DNA from: Candidatus Latescibacterota bacterium
GTDB lineage: Bacteria > Latescibacterota > UBA2968
Reading direction: 5' to 3'
Assembly: GCA_965207885.1 (NCBI GenBank)
Contig: OZ242311.1
Span: 3,648,001-3,712,000, forward strand
DNA length: 64,000 nt
The notes beneath the pieces are model-generated. The model saw nothing but the letters and a program-made list of their open reading frames with translations. It did not search any database and was not told the DNA's origin. This document shows, in pieces, positions 31,839-43,458 of the stretch. Numbering within the stretch: the first letter of the stretch is position 1; every line of letters starts with the position of its first letter. The position numbers and the translations under genes are program-made.

Positions 31839-31867
31839 AATATACCTGGTGTAATGATGGCTGTCAA
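31839..31867 (-). promoter_or_regulatory. sigma70-type promoter of the str operon, overlapping the rpoC stop codon
   Basis: TTGACA-N17-TATATT on the minus strand; the TGA of rpoC is part of the -35 box. Confidence 0.75.
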
Positions 31868-34800
31868 GCATTAATTGGAGGTAAACCAATGCTTTCCGTG
31901 CTCTCTTCTGCGAGAGCTTCAAAAACCTGCGATTCTTCCACCACATCTGTATCCAAATCGCGGTACTTCAAAGCACCTGTACCGGCGGGAATGAGGTGTC
32001 CGATGATCACATTTTCCTTTAGTCCCAATAGCGTGTCAACCTTGCCCTGTACTGCTGCTTCGGTAAGCACTCGGGTAGTTTCCTGGAAAGACGCTGCTGA
32101 AATGAAACTCTCGGTCAAAAGAGAGGCTCGGGTAATCCCCAACAAGACGGGATTGTGAGTTGCGGGATCGCCTCCTTCAACCAGAACCTTATCATTTTCA
32201 TCGAGGAAACGGAATCGGTCAACGAGTTCGTCTTCGAGAAAATTGGTATCTCCAGGATCTGTCACCTGTACTTTCTGCAACATCTGCCGGACGATGGTTT
32301 CAATATGCTTGTCATTGATTTTCACACCCTGGAGCCGATAAACCTGCTGAATTTCATCGACGAGATACTCCTGAACTTTTCGATCTCCCAAAATAGCCAG
32401 AATATCGTGTGGATTTACCGACCCCTCAGACAGGCGGTCACCCGCGGTTACGCGATCACCTTCTTGTACGCGCAGATGCCGTCCGTAGGGAATGGTGTAT
32501 TTTTTTTCTTCACCCTCATCAGCCGTAACCAGGACAACTCGAGAGCCTCTCACCATGCGACCAAAGCTCACCGAGCCGTTGATTTCGGTAACCACTGAAG
32601 CCTCTTTGGGGCGACGCGCCTCAAAAAGCTCAGCTACACGCGGCAAACCACCTGTAATATCTCGTGTTTTGCTGCGCTCACGCGAAATTTTAGCCAGCGT
32701 ATCACCATCTGCTACTTGGTCGCCATCGCGCACCACCAGTCGCGCTCCCAGAGGAATGATATAATGGCCCAGTTCTTCGCCATCTGCATCGACAACCTTA
32801 ATGTGGGGCGATAAGGTGCGGTCTCGGTGCTCAATCACGACCAGTCCGGCAATGCTGGTGGTTTCATCAATTTCTTCGCGATATGTCACTCCTTCTACGA
32901 GGTCCCCAAACTGAACTTTACCAGCTTTGGGCGATACGATCACATTATTATACGGGTCCCATTCGTAGAGTGCCTGGTCCTCTTCCACATCTTGTCCTTC
33001 CTCCACTCGCAACACAGCTCCATGCGGCACGTGGTAGTGCCCTCCCCTTACACGACCCTGATCATCTTGCACTTCGATCTCGCCATTCCGACCGACCACA
33101 ACCCATGAATCTTCATCGCGCTGCACAAACTCGAGATGTTTAAAGATGACTTTTCCCGCACGCTTTGCACCAATCTCGGCCTGCTCGGCAATGCGACTGG
33201 AAGTGCCTCCAATATGAAAGGTGCGCAATGTCAATTGTGTTCCGGGTTCGCCCACACTCTGCGCAGCAATAACACCCACGGCCTCTCCAATATCAACGGG
33301 TAGTCCGGTGGCGGGGTTGCGGCCATAACAGGCCATACAGACCCCTCGCCGAGTTTCACACGTCAATACGGACCGCACCCAGACGCCTTCAATACCCGCA
33401 TCGGCAATTTTGTCGGCCAATTCTTCATTTAATAAAGCGCCTGCGGCAACAATGCGTTCACCCGTAATGGGATCTTCGACATCTTCCAGCACTGTGCGTC
33501 CTACAATGCGGTCAGATAGCGATTCAACAACTTCTTCGCCTTCCTTCAGGGCTTCCATTTCAATGCCCAATATCGTTCCGCAATCGGCTTCAGAAATAAC
33601 CACATCTTGCGATACATCCACCATGCGACGCGTCAAGTAGCCCGCTTCAGCGGTCTTCAAGGCCGTATCGGCCAGCCCCTTGCGACTGCCGTGCGTCGAA
33701 ATAAAATACTCAAGCACGGTCAGACCTTCTTTAAGTGACGAAATAATAGGTGTTTCAATAATTTCGCCAATCGCTCCCGTCAATTTCTTTTGCGGTTTAT
33801 TCATCAGCCCGCGCATACCACCGAGTTGCTTGATCTGATCGTCGTTTCCTCGTGCGCCCGAATCCTTCATAATCCAGATTGAATTGAAGCCTTCTTCGGC
33901 TTTTTCAAATGCACCAATCATGGCCTGGGCAATGTGATTGGTCGTATGCTGCCATACATCAATCACTTTGTTGTAGCGTTCGCCCTCGGTAATAGCCCCG
34001 ATCGCGTGTTGTTCAATAATTTTTTCGACTTCGCCCATAGCATCGGTAATCAATTCTTCCTTTTCGGGGGGTACGACCACATCGCTCACCGCAATCGAAA
34101 TACCCGACTGCGTCGCATAATCGTATCCCAACTGCTTCAATCCATCGAGAAAATCTGTCGTAATGCGGTTGCCATTCCGACTGTGGACTTCAGAAGAAAC
34201 TTTGCGGATACCTTTGTCATCGATCAATTCATTGATAAAGGGCATTGTTTCGGGCATAATTTCGTTAAAAATGACGCGCCCAACCGTAGTCGTCAAAAGC
34301 TTACCATCTATGCGAACGCGCACGGCTTCATGCAGGTCAATGCGTTCAAAATCATACGCCATGCGAGCTTCATTGGTACTGCTAAAGGTTTTGAGATTCT
34401 CTTCCTTGCCGTGAACAATTTTTGTCAGATAATAAAGGCCTAAAGCTATTTCCTGGGGTTTATCGACCACAACAGGCGATCCATCGGCGGGTTTGAGCAA
34501 ATTGTTTGACGACAGCATCAACACCCGCGCTTCAATCTGGGCCTCAAAAGAAAGCGGCAGGTGTACGGCCATCTGATCACCGTCGAAATCGGCATTAAAT
34601 GCCGCACAGACCAGCGGATGAATGCGAATGGCTTTGCCTTCTACGAGCACGGGTAAAAACGCCTGAATGCCCAGGCGATGCAATGTTGGGGCGCGATTGA
34701 GCAAAACGCAGTGATCCTGGATAATTTCTTCGAGAATATCCCATACTTCAACGCGCTCGCGTTCGACTAATTTCTTCGCACTTTTAACGGTTTGGACGAG

Positions 34801-35955
34801 GCCCTTTTCTTCGAGCCGTCGAATAATAAATGGCTTGAATAATTCCAGAGCCATATGTTTGGGTAGCCCGCATTGATAAAGCCTTAAATGAGGATCTACC
34901 ACAATCACAGAACGACCCGAATAATCGACGCGTTTACCCAAAAGATTCTGGCGAAATCGCCCCTGTTTACCCTTGAGTAGATCGGAAAGCGACTTGAGGG
35001 ATCGGTTGCCATCACCGCGAACAGCACGAGACCGACGGCCATTGTCAAACAGAGCGTCTACAGCCTCCTGGAGCATGCGTTTTTCATTGCGTAAAATGAC
35101 TTCGGGTGCTTTGATTTCAATCAGTTTTTTGAGCCGATTATTTCTATTGATCACGCGGCGATACAAATCATTGAGATCCGAAGTTGCAAACCGCCCGCCC
35201 TCTAAGGGTACAAGAGGACGCAAGTCGGGCGGGATGACGGGAATCACATCGAGAATCATCCAATCGGGCTGATTATCCGATTGGCGGAACGCCTCGACGA
35301 CCTTGAGGCGTTTGAGTGCCTCCTGTTTGCGCTGCACCGAAGTCTCGAAACGAGCTTGCGTTCGCAGTTCAGCAGACAAGTCCTCAATATCGATTGCAGA
35401 CAGCAATTTTTTGATAGCGCCAGCCCCCATATCGACATCAAATGAATACCCCTCGTCTTCGAGATCAATCACCTCATCTTCAGTGAGCAAATCCTTGAAT
35501 TTGAGATCGGGAGCATCACCGGGATCTAACACCACATACGATTCGTAGTAAATGATCCGCTCGAGATTGCGAACGGAAAGATTGAGCAAATACCCCATGC
35601 GAGATGGGAGCGACTTAAAAAACCAGATATGTGTCACTGGAACCGCCAATTCGATGTGTCCCAGCCGCTCTCGTCTGACCTTTGATTGGGTCACTTCTAC
35701 CCCACATCGGTCACACACTACACCCCGATATCGAATGCGCTTGTATTTACCGCAATGGCACTCCCAGTCTTTGACAGGCCCAAAAATGCATTCGCAAAAT
35801 AATCCGTCGCGCTCGGGCTTAAAAGACCGATAATTGATAGTTTCGGGTTTAGTAACCTCGCCGCGCGACCACCCTCGGATGGTATCTGGCGAAGCCAGTT
35901 GAATACGAATAGAATTAAAATCTAAGGGTTGATTGGCAAAATTGGTATCGGCCAC
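31864..35955 (-). CDS. rpoC: RNA polymerase beta' subunit
   Basis: [36 protein letters not shown]-terminal Zn finger; GTG start. Confidence 0.99.
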   Translation of the reverse strand: MADTNFANQPLDFNSIRIQLASPDTIRGWSRGEVTKPETINYRSFKPERDGLFCECIFGPVKDWECHCGKYKRIRYRGVVCDRCGVEVTQSKVRRERLGHIELAVPVTHIWFFKSLPSRMGYLLNLSVRNLERIIYYESYVVLDPGDAPDLKFKDLLTEDEVIDLEDEGYSFDVDMGAGAIKKLLSAIDIEDLSAELRTQARFETSVQRKQEALKRLKVVEAFRQSDNQPDWMILDVIPVIPPDLRPLVPLEGGRFATSDLNDLYRRVINRNNRLKKLIEIKAPEVILRNEKRMLQEAVDALFDNGRRSRAVRGDGNRSLKSLSDLLKGKQGRFRQNLLGKRVDYSGRSVIVVDPHLRLYQCGLPKHMALELFKPFIIRRLEEKGLVQTVKSAKKLVERERVEVWDILEEIIQDHCVLLNRAPTLHRLGIQAFLPVLVEGKAIRIHPLVCAAFNADFDGDQMAVHLPLSFEAQIEARVLMLSSNNLLKPADGSPVVVDKPQEIALGLYYLTKIVHGKEENLKTFSSTNEARMAYDFERIDLHEAVRVRIDGKLLTTTVGRVIFNEIMPETMPFINELIDDKGIRKVSSEVHSRNGNRITTDFLDGLKQLGYDYATQSGISIAVSDVVVPPEKEELITDAMGEVEKIIEQHAIGAITEGERYNKVIDVWQHTTNHIAQAMIGAFEKAEEGFNSIWIMKDSGARGNDDQIKQLGGMRGLMNKPQKKLTGAIGEIIETPIISSLKEGLTVLEYFISTHGSRKGLADTALKTAEAGYLTRRMVDVSQDVVISEADCGTILGIEMEALKEGEEVVESLSDRIVGRTVLEDVEDPITGERIVAAGALLNEELADKIADAGIEGVWVRSVLTCETRRGVCMACYGRNPATGLPVDIGEAVGVIAAQSVGEPGTQLTLRTFHIGGTSSRIAEQAEIGAKRAGKVIFKHLEFVQRDEDSWVVVGRNGEIEVQDDQGRVRGGHYHVPHGAVLRVEEGQDVEEDQALYEWDPYNNVIVSPKAGKVQFGDLVEGVTYREEIDETTSIAGLVVIEHRDRTLSPHIKVVDADGEELGHYIIPLGARLVVRDGDQVADGDTLAKISRERSKTRDITGGLPRVAELFEARRPKEASVVTEINGSVSFGRMVRGSRVVLVTADEGEEKKYTIPYGRHLRVQEGDRVTAGDRLSEGSVNPHDILAILGDRKVQEYLVDEIQQVYRLQGVKINDKHIETIVRQMLQKVQVTDPGDTNFLEDELVDRFRFLDENDKVLVEGGDPATHNPVLLGITRASLLTESFISAASFQETTRVLTEAAVQGKVDTLLGLKENVIIGHLIPAGTGALKYRDLDTDVVEESQVFEALAEESTESIGLPPINA

Positions 35956-35985
35956 GAGAGAACCCCCTTTTCAAGTCTTATGTCG

Positions 35986-38900
35986 TCAGTCAATCTGCGC
36001 GTTTTCAAGTACCACGTCCAAACACAGGCTTTGCAATTCTTTGACCAGAACATTAAATGATTCTGGCACACCGGGTTCGGGTGGATTTTCTCCCTTCACA
36101 ATGGTCTCGTAAATTTTGGATCTGCCTGCCACATCATCGGATTTGACAGTAAGCATTTCCTGTAACATGTGTGCAGCACCATAAGCTTCGAGTGCCCAAA
36201 CTTCCATTTCTCCAAAGCGCTGTCCGCCAAACTGGGCTTTGCCGCCCAAAGGTTGCTGCGTGACCAGTGAATAGGGTCCAATTGAACGCGCGTGAATCTT
36301 ATCGCTGACCAGATGCGATAGTTTCAACATATAAATGATACCGACCATCACTTCTTTATCAAACGGTTCCCCTGTTTTGCCATCGTAAAGGAGCGTTTTT
36401 CCGTTTTCGGGCAAATCAGCTTTTCGCAACATACCCTGGACATCGTCCATGCTCGCGCCGTCAAACACAGGAGTCGCAAAGTGGAGATCCAGTTTGTGGG
36501 CTGCCCAACCCAAATGGGTTTCGAGGATTTGGCCAAGATTCATGCGAGAGGGTACACCGAGCGGATTCAAAACCAGATCAATGGGCGTGCCATCCGGCAA
36601 ATAGGGCATATCTTCTTCGGGCACAATAATCGAAATTACACCCTTATTGCCGTGCCTACCGGCCATTTTATCCCCTACCATCAGCTTTCTTTTGCGAGCG
36701 ACATACACCTTGACCAGTTGCACAATGCCCGGCGGAAGTTCATCTCCGCGCGCGATTTTTTCAAGCTCTCGCTCGAGTTCTTCTTCCGCCTGCTGCATCA
36801 AGTGGTCGGCTAGTTCAATCAGTCGATCCACCTTTTGGCTTGTCGCTGGACTATCACACCAATCTCCATCGGGTTTCACTGTGCCCAGGTCAAATTTGTC
36901 CAGCGATCTTTCATTCAACGCCGTGCCAGCCTTTACAACTACCGTACTATCTTCATCGCGCAAGGTATTGACTCTGCGGTTTTTGAGAAGAGCTAAAACC
37001 TGCTGATCCCGGCTTTGTTTTAATGACTCAATCTTAGAGGCAATGCGTTTTTGGGCAACTCCGGTCTTTTCTTTATCTTCATTTCGCGTCTTTTCATCGC
37101 GCTCTTTGCGAGAAAAAACTTTGCGATCCATGACTACGCCATCCATTCCTGGAGGAGCTTTAAGCGATGCGTCGCGCACATCGCCAGCCTTCTCGCCAAA
37201 AATCGCGCGTAACAAACGCTCTTCAGGTGACAATTCAGTTTCGCCCTTCGGGGTCACCTTCCCAACGAGAATATCGCCTTGATTGACCTCTGCTCCCACG
37301 CGAATGATGCCGTGCTCATCCAGATTGCGAACAGCTTGCTCACTAACGTTGGGAATTTCACGCGTAATTTCTTCTGTGCCGCGTTTGGTATCGCGAACCT
37401 GAAGCTCAAATTCTTCAATGCTAATTGAAGTAAAAATATCCTTTTTAATGAGCCGCTCAGAAACAATGATGGCATCTTCGAAGTTATACCCATGCCACGA
37501 CATAAACGCCACGAGCACATTGGCACCGAGCGCGAGATCTCCCCTGTCTGTGGCACAACCATCGGCCAATAACTGACCTTTTTCAACTTTATCACCAACT
37601 TGTACGGCCGGACGCTGGTTAATACAAAAATCTTGATTGGATCGCTTGAATTTGGTCAGATCGTAAATGTCCTCATCAGACAGCGAAATGGTTTCAATAC
37701 TGCGACCCTTTCGGCGCTTAACGACAATTTTGTCGGCACTGACATACGTCACAACACCGGCATTTTTCGCAATAATGACAGCTTTTGAATCAACGGCAAC
37801 TTTGCGTTCGAGACCCGTTCCAACACGCGGGGCATCCGTAATTAAGAGAGGCACACCTTGCCGCTGCATATTGGACCCCATCAACGCGCGGTTGGCCTCA
37901 TCGTGCTCGAGAAAAGGAATAAGTCCGGCGGCAGCACTCACAAGCTGGAAGGGTGAAACATCCATATAATCAATCGCATCGGGATCGACCACAGGAAAAT
38001 CGCCTCGCCGCCTCGCCTGCACGACATTATTTTCAAATTCGCCCTTGTCATCAAGCGCTAGATTGGCCTGTGCAATGGTATGGCGATCTTCTTCATCGGC
38101 GGGCAAATATGCAATATCCTGTGAAACTTTGCCACTTTTGACCTTCCGATAGGGCGTCTCGAGAAAGCCGAAGGGATTGACCTTGGCATAAGTTGCCACA
38201 GACACAATCAGGCCGATATTAGGGCCTTCGGGCGTTTCGATGGGACAAATGCGGCCGTAGTGCGTGTGATGCACATCGCGCACCTCAAACCCCGCCCGGT
38301 CGCGCGTTAATCCCCCCGGTCCTAATGCCGATAAACGGCGTTTGTGGGTCAATTCGTCAAGCGGATTGATTTGCTGTAAAAACTGCGACAATTGGCTACT
38401 GCCAAAAAAGGCCTGAACCACAGTAGATACAGTCCGTGCGTTGACCAGATCGTGGGGAGTCAGTTGCTCGGAATCGCGCAAACTCATGCGCTCTCTAATC
38501 GTGCGCGCCATGCGCGCCAAACCAATACTAAATTGCTTGGAGAGCAACTCGCCTACAGAGCGCACCCGCCGATTGCCCAAATGATCGATATCATCGGTAA
38601 ATCCCTCCCCCATAGCCAAGATAAGTAGATAGTCAATGACTTTAATAAAGTCATCAATACACAGCATGGTGAAGTCGAGCGGAATATTATCGACCATATC
38701 CAGACGCTGGTTAATGCGATAGCGCCCGACAGTACCCAGATTATAACGCCTGGGACTGAAAAAATTTCGCTCGAGCAATCCGCGCGCAGTTTCAATATTG
38801 GGAGGATCGCCGGGACGCAGCAGGCTATAAATCCGCGAGAGTGCTTCTTCCTCATTGTCACACGGATCCTTGTCCAGCGTATTAGTAATAATCCCACCGT

Positions 38901-39759
38901 CGTTTTCGGGATCGATATCCAACACTGTGATTTTGGCGACCCCATTTTCCTTAAGGGCTAAGAGATGCTCCTCCATCAACGTGGTATATGCTTCGACAAT
39001 TACTTCTCCCGTCTTTTTATTTACCACATCTTCGGTAACAATGTGATCGACGAGTTCTTCAGAAACTTTGACGGTGGTATCACCGTGAAAAATGCCCAGA
39101 ATTTCCTCGGACTTGTCAAATCCCAAAGCTCTCAACAAAGTCGTGACCGGCAGTTTGCGTTTGCGGTCGATATGAACGTACATAATATCGTTGATATCGA
39201 GACTAAATTCGAGCCAAGCTCCGTTATCGGGAATGATTCTGGCGGAAAATAAACGCTTGCCATTTGGATGAATAGCATCGTCAAAAAATACGCCAGGAGA
39301 TCTGTGTAATTGGCTCACGATCACGCGTTCTGAACCGTTGATGACAAATGTACCTTCATCGGTCATCAACGGCAATTCGCCTAAGAACACCGTCTGCTCG
39401 ACGATATCTTTAACGCGAAATTCGCCATTTCCCTGCTTTTCTCGAGAAATCAGACGAAGCGTTGAACGCAATGGCACGGCATAAGTCGTACCGCGTTCGA
39501 GACATTCTTGCACATCGTATTTGGGAGTTCCAACGGAATAATCGACAAACTCTAAAGAATAGAGATTGTGGGCGTCTGTGATCGGGAAGATACCGTGGAA
39601 GACCGCCTGGAGGCCTTGTTTCTCGCGTACTCCAGGCGGTACATCCTTCTGTAAAAACCAGTCATAAGAATCGAGCTGGATATCCAGCAGATTCGGCATT
39701 TCGATTGCAGACGTGAGAGTTCCGTACGATTTCCGGTCAATAAATCCTCTATCTGCCAA
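35986..39759 (-). CDS. rpoB: RNA polymerase beta subunit
   Basis: [40 protein letters not shown]; TTG start. Confidence 0.99.
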   Translation of the reverse strand: MADRGFIDRKSYGTLTSAIEMPNLLDIQLDSYDWFLQKDVPPGVREKQGLQAVFHGIFPITDAHNLYSLEFVDYSVGTPKYDVQECLERGTTYAVPLRSTLRLISREKQGNGEFRVKDIVEQTVFLGELPLMTDEGTFVINGSERVIVSQLHRSPGVFFDDAIHPNGKRLFSARIIPDNGAWLEFSLDINDIMYVHIDRKRKLPVTTLLRALGFDKSEEILGIFHGDTTVKVSEELVDHIVTEDVVNKKTGEVIVEAYTTLMEEHLLALKENGVAKITVLDIDPENDGGIITNTLDKDPCDNEEEALSRIYSLLRPGDPPNIETARGLLERNFFSPRRYNLGTVGRYRINQRLDMVDNIPLDFTMLCIDDFIKVIDYLLILAMGEGFTDDIDHLGNRRVRSVGELLSKQFSIGLARMARTIRERMSLRDSEQLTPHDLVNARTVSTVVQAFFGSSQLSQFLQQINPLDELTHKRRLSALGPGGLTRDRAGFEVRDVHHTHYGRICPIETPEGPNIGLIVSVATYAKVNPFGFLETPYRKVKSGKVSQDIAYLPADEEDRHTIAQANLALDDKGEFENNVVQARRRGDFPVVDPDAIDYMDVSPFQLVSAAAGLIPFLEHDEANRALMGSNMQRQGVPLLITDAPRVGTGLERKVAVDSKAVIIAKNAGVVTYVSADKIVVKRRKGRSIETISLSDEDIYDLTKFKRSNQDFCINQRPAVQVGDKVEKGQLLADGCATDRGDLALGANVLVAFMSWHGYNFEDAIIVSERLIKKDIFTSISIEEFELQVRDTKRGTEEITREIPNVSEQAVRNLDEHGIIRVGAEVNQGDILVGKVTPKGETELSPEERLLRAIFGEKAGDVRDASLKAPPGMDGVVMDRKVFSRKERDEKTRNEDKEKTGVAQKRIASKIESLKQSRDQQVLALLKNRRVNTLRDEDSTVVVKAGTALNERSLDKFDLGTVKPDGDWCDSPATSQKVDRLIELADHLMQQAEEELERELEKIARGDELPPGIVQLVKVYVARKRKLMVGDKMAGRHGNKGVISIIVPEEDMPYLPDGTPIDLVLNPLGVPSRMNLGQILETHLGWAAHKLDLHFATPVFDGASMDDVQGMLRKADLPENGKTLLYDGKTGEPFDKEVMVGIIYMLKLSHLVSDKIHARSIGPYSLVTQQPLGGKAQFGGQRFGEMEVWALEAYGAAHMLQEMLTVKSDDVAGRSKIYETIVKGENPPEPGVPESFNVLVKELQSLCLDVVLENAQID

Positions 39760-39832
39760 GGGCTCACGCTCCTGTGCTGGAAGGCTAACGGTCAGTTACG
39801 GATTAGTATTGCTGCACAAACTTACAACAACC

Positions 39833-40207
39833 CTACTTGAGTTCCACCACCGCGCCGGCTTCTTCCAGTTCTGCCTTGATCTGTTCGGCTTCTTCTTTTT
39901 CCACGCCTTCTTTAACGGTATTGGGGGCCCCATCAACCAGAGCTTTGGCTTCTCTAAGCCCCAACGAGGTAAGGCTGCGAACAACCTTGATCACCTGGAT
40001 TTTCTTGTCTCCAGAAGACGACAAAATCACATCAAATTCTGTCTGCTCTTCAACAGCGGGAGCAGCATCACCGCCACCGCCGCCGGGTGCTGCAACAACA
40101 GCTGCCTGTGCAGTCACACCAAACTTTTCCTCAAGTGCTTTGACCAATTCGGCCAACTCGAGCACCGAGAGTTTTTCAATTTCGCTAATAATAGATTCAA
40201 CAGCCAT
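39833..40207 (-). CDS. rplL: 50S ribosomal protein L7/L12
   Basis: [32 protein letters not shown]. Confidence 0.97.
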   Translation of the reverse strand: MAVESIISEIEKLSVLELAELVKALEEKFGVTAQAAVVAAPGGGGGDAAPAVEEQTEFDVILSSSGDKKIQVIKVVRSLTSLGLREAKALVDGAPNTVKEGVEKEEAEQIKAELEEAGAVVELK

Positions 40208-40252
40208 GAATATGCCTCCGTCCAACAATGAATTGGGTGTGTAATAAGCGGT

Positions 40253-40786
40253 CTATTCGCCGCCTTCTTCCTTTCTTTTTTCTGCAACAGCTTGAAGTGT
40301 ACCAACGAGTTTTTGCAAAATGCCATTCAGCGTAAAGGCAAGGCCACTTATCGGGCTTTGTATTGCAGATACCATCTGGCCCAGCAGTACATCGCGCGAA
40401 GGTATTTCGGCCAATCGCTCAATCTGGTCTGCAATAAAGACCTCGCCATCGATATACCCGGCTTTAATCGCGGGCTTGCCATCGGTCTCTTCGGCAAATT
40501 TGGTCAATACACGAGCTGGTGCTACGGGATCTCCATCGGCGCAAACAAGCCCTGTGGGACCGCGGAACACATCGTCGAGTCCCTCAACTCCGGCTTGTTT
40601 AACCGCCAGTTTAGCCAACCGATTTTTTATTACGAGATAAGAAACAGACTCTTCGCGGAGTTGCTTGCGCAACAGGGTAAATGAAGGAACATCTAACCCC
40701 GTAAAATCAGTTAAATACAACCCTTTGGCTCGTTTTAAGATATCTGTCAACTCTGCGACAGTAGCCTCTTTTTCAGCAGTTGGCAT
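40253..40786 (-). CDS. rplJ: 50S ribosomal protein L10
   Basis: [32 protein letters not shown]. Confidence 0.95.
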   Translation of the reverse strand: MPTAEKEATVAELTDILKRAKGLYLTDFTGLDVPSFTLLRKQLREESVSYLVIKNRLAKLAVKQAGVEGLDDVFRGPTGLVCADGDPVAPARVLTKFAEETDGKPAIKAGYIDGEVFIADQIERLAEIPSRDVLLGQMVSAIQSPISGLAFTLNGILQKLVGTLQAVAEKRKEEGGE

Positions 40787-40803
40787 TTCTGTACCTTCCT
40801 TGT

Positions 40804-41505
40804 TCAATTGGCCGCCAGTGCCGTGCGGTCCAGGCGTATCCCCGGTCCCATTGTGGTAGATAATGTGACCGAACGCATGTATTGTCCTTTTGTAGAAGAT
40901 GGACGCGCTCTGACAATTGCATCGATCAATGCCTGGGCATTCTCCCGAAGACGCGGTGCATCAAAAGACGCTTTGCCCACAGGCGTATGCACATTGGCCG
41001 TTCTATCGACCCGATATTCTACACGCCCCGCTTTGGCCTCCTGCACAGCACGAGCTGCATCGGGTGTCACTGTGCCACTCTTGGGATTGGGCATCAGACC
41101 TCGAGGGCCGAGAATGCGTCCCAATCGCCCGACCTGTCCCATCATGTCGGGCGTGGCAATAGCCACATCAAAATCTGTCCAGCCGTCATTGATCTTCTCC
41201 ACCAGATCTTCGGCACCTACAAAATCTGCACCCGCCGCTTCGGCAGCAGCGGCAGGCTCACCTCTGGCAAAAACTGCAACGCGTACGGATTTGCCCAGCC
41301 CGTGTGGCAAGGCGACTGTACCGCGAACGAGTTGGTCGGATTGCCGCGGATCAACGCCCAGCCGAAACGTGAGTTCAACTGTTTCGTCAAATTTCCGAGT
41401 GGGCATTTTTTTTAATATATCAACGGCTTCTGCCAGACCGTAATGCGTTTGGCGGTCAAAAAGCGCGGCCGCTTGTTTATAGCGTTTGGATTGCCCTCGT
41501 GCCAT
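40804..41505 (-). CDS. rplA: 50S ribosomal protein L1
   Basis: [36 protein letters not shown]. Confidence 0.98.
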   Translation of the reverse strand: MARGQSKRYKQAAALFDRQTHYGLAEAVDILKKMPTRKFDETVELTFRLGVDPRQSDQLVRGTVALPHGLGKSVRVAVFARGEPAAAAEAAGADFVGAEDLVEKINDGWTDFDVAIATPDMMGQVGRLGRILGPRGLMPNPKSGTVTPDAARAVQEAKAGRVEYRVDRTANVHTPVGKASFDAPRLRENAQALIDAIVRARPSSTKGQYMRSVTLSTTMGPGIRLDRTALAAN

Positions 41506-41517
41506 ACATACCTCCGG

Positions 41518-41943
41518 TCAATTGTTGACGGTCAGGCCCATACTGCGAGCCGTTCCCGCAATCATGCGCTTGGCAGCCTCAATGCTACCCGCGTTGAGGT
41601 CTTGAACTTTCATTTCTGCAATTTCCTGGAGTTGCGCATCGGTCACGGAACCCACTTTTTCCCGGTTGGATTCCGGCGACCCTTTGGCAATCCCCGCAGC
41701 CCTCTTGAGCAACACGGCTGCAGGCGGACTCTTCAACTCAAAAGAAAAACTCCTATCTGCATAAACCGTAATAATCGCGGGAATTATCAAACCCTGTTTA
41801 TCTTGAGTTTGTGCATTAAAGGCTTTGCAAAACTCCATAATATTGACGCCGTGCTGTCCCAAAGCTGGACCAACCGGTGGTGTCGGCGTCGCCTGTCCAG
41901 CGGGAATTTGTAACTTGATTGTTGTGAGAATTTTTCTGGCCAT
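41518..41943 (-). CDS. rplK: 50S ribosomal protein L11
   Basis: [31 protein letters not shown]. Confidence 0.98.
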   Translation of the reverse strand: MARKILTTIKLQIPAGQATPTPPVGPALGQHGVNIMEFCKAFNAQTQDKQGLIIPAIITVYADRSFSFELKSPPAAVLLKRAAGIAKGSPESNREKVGSVTDAQLQEIAEMKVQDLNAGSIEAAKRMIAGTARSMGLTVNN

Positions 41944-41955
41944 TAGTGCCTTTCG

Positions 41956-42492
41956 TTATCGCGATTCGACTGCTTCTTCAACCTGTAAAACATCTAACTC
42001 CACGGGTGTGTTGCGCCCAAAGATGCTAACCATCACTTTGATCTTGCTCTTCTCCGGATTGATGTCGTCAACCAGACCAATAAAATCACTGAAAGGACCA
42101 TCAATCACCTTGACCCGGTCGCCCACTTGATAGGGCACATCAGAAGTTTCCTCAACGGGGCGACGCTCAATTTGCCCCAAAATGCGGTTTACTTCTTCTT
42201 CGCGCAAAGGTTGCGGTCTTCGGCCTGGACCGACAAAGCTCGTCACACCTGGCACACTGGTAACAAAATATAGGGACTCTTTGTCCATATCCAGTTCAAC
42301 CAAAAGATAACTGGGTAAAAATTTCTTGAGGGATGTCGTTTTCCGTCCATCCTTCATCTCGACGACTTCCTCAGTAGGCACGATCACCCGACCAATTTTG
42401 TCGCCAACATCGATGTTTTCTTTGGCGGCCTCAATATAGCTCTTGACCTTATTCTCGTGCCCAGAATAAGTGTGGACAACATACCATTTCAT
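41956..42492 (-). CDS. nusG: Transcription termination/antitermination factor NusG
   Basis: WYVVHTYSGHENKV; KOW motif GDRVKVIDGPF; IFGRNTPVEL. Confidence 0.97.
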   Translation of the reverse strand: MKWYVVHTYSGHENKVKSYIEAAKENIDVGDKIGRVIVPTEEVVEMKDGRKTTSLKKFLPSYLLVELDMDKESLYFVTSVPGVTSFVGPGRRPQPLREEEVNRILGQIERRPVEETSDVPYQVGDRVKVIDGPFSDFIGLVDDINPEKSKIKVMVSIFGRNTPVELDVLQVEEAVESR

Positions 42493-42522
42493 CGGCCAAA
42501 GACTCCCTGACAAAAAATCCCG

Positions 42523-42708
42523 TTAAATCAGGATAAACTCCATAATACTCGCCAAAAAAGTATCCACAATATAAATGAATCCGGCCAGTGCAAGTGACAA
42601 TATAAGCACAATTGTAGTCGATGACTTGAGTTCGTCACGAGTAGGCCAGGTGACCTTTCCCATTTCAACGCGCACTTCGCCGAGAAATTGACTGATTTTG
42701 CTAAACAT
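42523..42708 (-). CDS. secE: Preprotein translocase subunit SecE
   Basis: EVRVEMGKVTWPTRDEL plus one TM helix; between tRNA-Trp and nusG. Confidence 0.95.
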   Translation of the reverse strand: MFSKISQFLGEVRVEMGKVTWPTRDELKSSTTIVLILSLALAGFIYIVDTFLASIMEFILI

Positions 42709-42723
42709 AATAAAATAAAAAAA

Positions 42724-42799
42724 TGGCAGGCCAGGCAGGACTTGAACCCGCAACCGTCGGTTTTGGAGACCGATGCTCTACCAGTTGAGCTACTGACCT
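42724..42799 (-). tRNA. tRNA-Trp (CCA)
   Basis: 76-nt cloverleaf, anticodon loop CTCCAAA, T-loop GTTCAAGT, encoded CCA end. Confidence 0.97.
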
Positions 42800-42811
42800 A
42801 CCCAAAAACAA

Positions 42812-42887
<76 letters not shown>

Positions 42888-42912
42888 GTTGGGCAATCCC
42901 CACTTGAGGTTC

Positions 42913-42989
42913 TGGAGCGGGAAACGGGACTCGAACCCGCGACCCTCAGCTTGGAAGGCTGACGCTCTGGCCAACTGAGCTATTCCCGC
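42913..42989 (-). tRNA. tRNA-Gly (TCC)
   Basis: GCGGGAA acceptor stem, anticodon loop CTTCCAA, encoded CCA end. Confidence 0.97.
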
Positions 42990-43065
42990 CCGGCTATGTA
43001 TAAAAAACAACCCTTTTCTACAAAAGGGATCGGTATTGCCAAAAAATAATTTTCCGAGAATTAAC

Positions 43066-43094
43066 AAGATATGAAAAAGGTAGTCTCAGGTCAA
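43066..43094 (-). promoter_or_regulatory. sigma70-type promoter upstream of tRNA-Gly/Thr/Trp-secE-nusG
   Basis: TTGACC-N17-TATCTT. Confidence 0.6.
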
Positions 43095-43130
43095 GAGAAT
43101 TTTGTAGAAACTCAAACCTGTGATAGATTT

Positions 43131-43177
43131 AAAAAAACGGGAAGTCGGTGTTTTGCAATGTGGGCCTGACTCGCCCG
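43131..43177 (-). terminator. Probable terminator downstream of tRNA-Tyr
   Basis: Minus strand CGGGCGAGTC...GACTTCCCG followed by T7. Confidence 0.5.
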
Positions 43178-43209
43178 CTGTGTCTTGGGGGAGGAAACTG
43201 TTGGAGTTT

Positions 43210-43295
43210 TGGTGGGGGGTGGCGGATTCGAACCACCGAAGGCATAAGCCAGCAGATTTACAGTCTGCCCCAGTTGGCCGCTTTGGTAACCCCCC
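43210..43295 (-). tRNA. tRNA-Tyr (GTA)
   Basis: 86 nt with long variable arm, anticodon loop CTGTAAA, encoded CCA end. Confidence 0.97.
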
Positions 43296-43313
43296 AATCT
43301 ATACAGCCTGGAA

Positions 43314-43342
43314 AAAATACCAGAAGATATTTTGATAGTCAA
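43314..43342 (-). promoter_or_regulatory. sigma70-type promoter of tRNA-Tyr
   Basis: TTGACT-N17-TATTTT. Confidence 0.65.
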
Positions 43343-43371
43343 GACCAAAATCGCTCAATGCCAATTGCAGA

Positions 43372-43400
43372 TTGACAAATCTGCCTACCTTTGCTATTTT
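43372..43400 (+). promoter_or_regulatory. Divergent sigma70-type promoter of the sugar isomerase gene
   Basis: TTGACA-N17-TATTTT with TG extended -10. Confidence 0.65.
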
Positions 43401-43458
43401 CCGAGTTCAATTTTCCGCATTTAACTTTCTATCAGATGCCTGGCGTGAAAGGAGCAAA

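Noticed and set aside
31864-39759. Inteins or introns in rpoB/rpoC
   Set aside because: Lengths and motif order are ordinary, and no splicing motifs or frame breaks were seen.
43131-43200. SRP RNA, 6S or other ncRNA between tRNA-Tyr and tRNA-Gly
   Set aside because: No SRP domain IV motif or other recognisable consensus; a terminator explains the hairpin. An Rfam scan would settle it.
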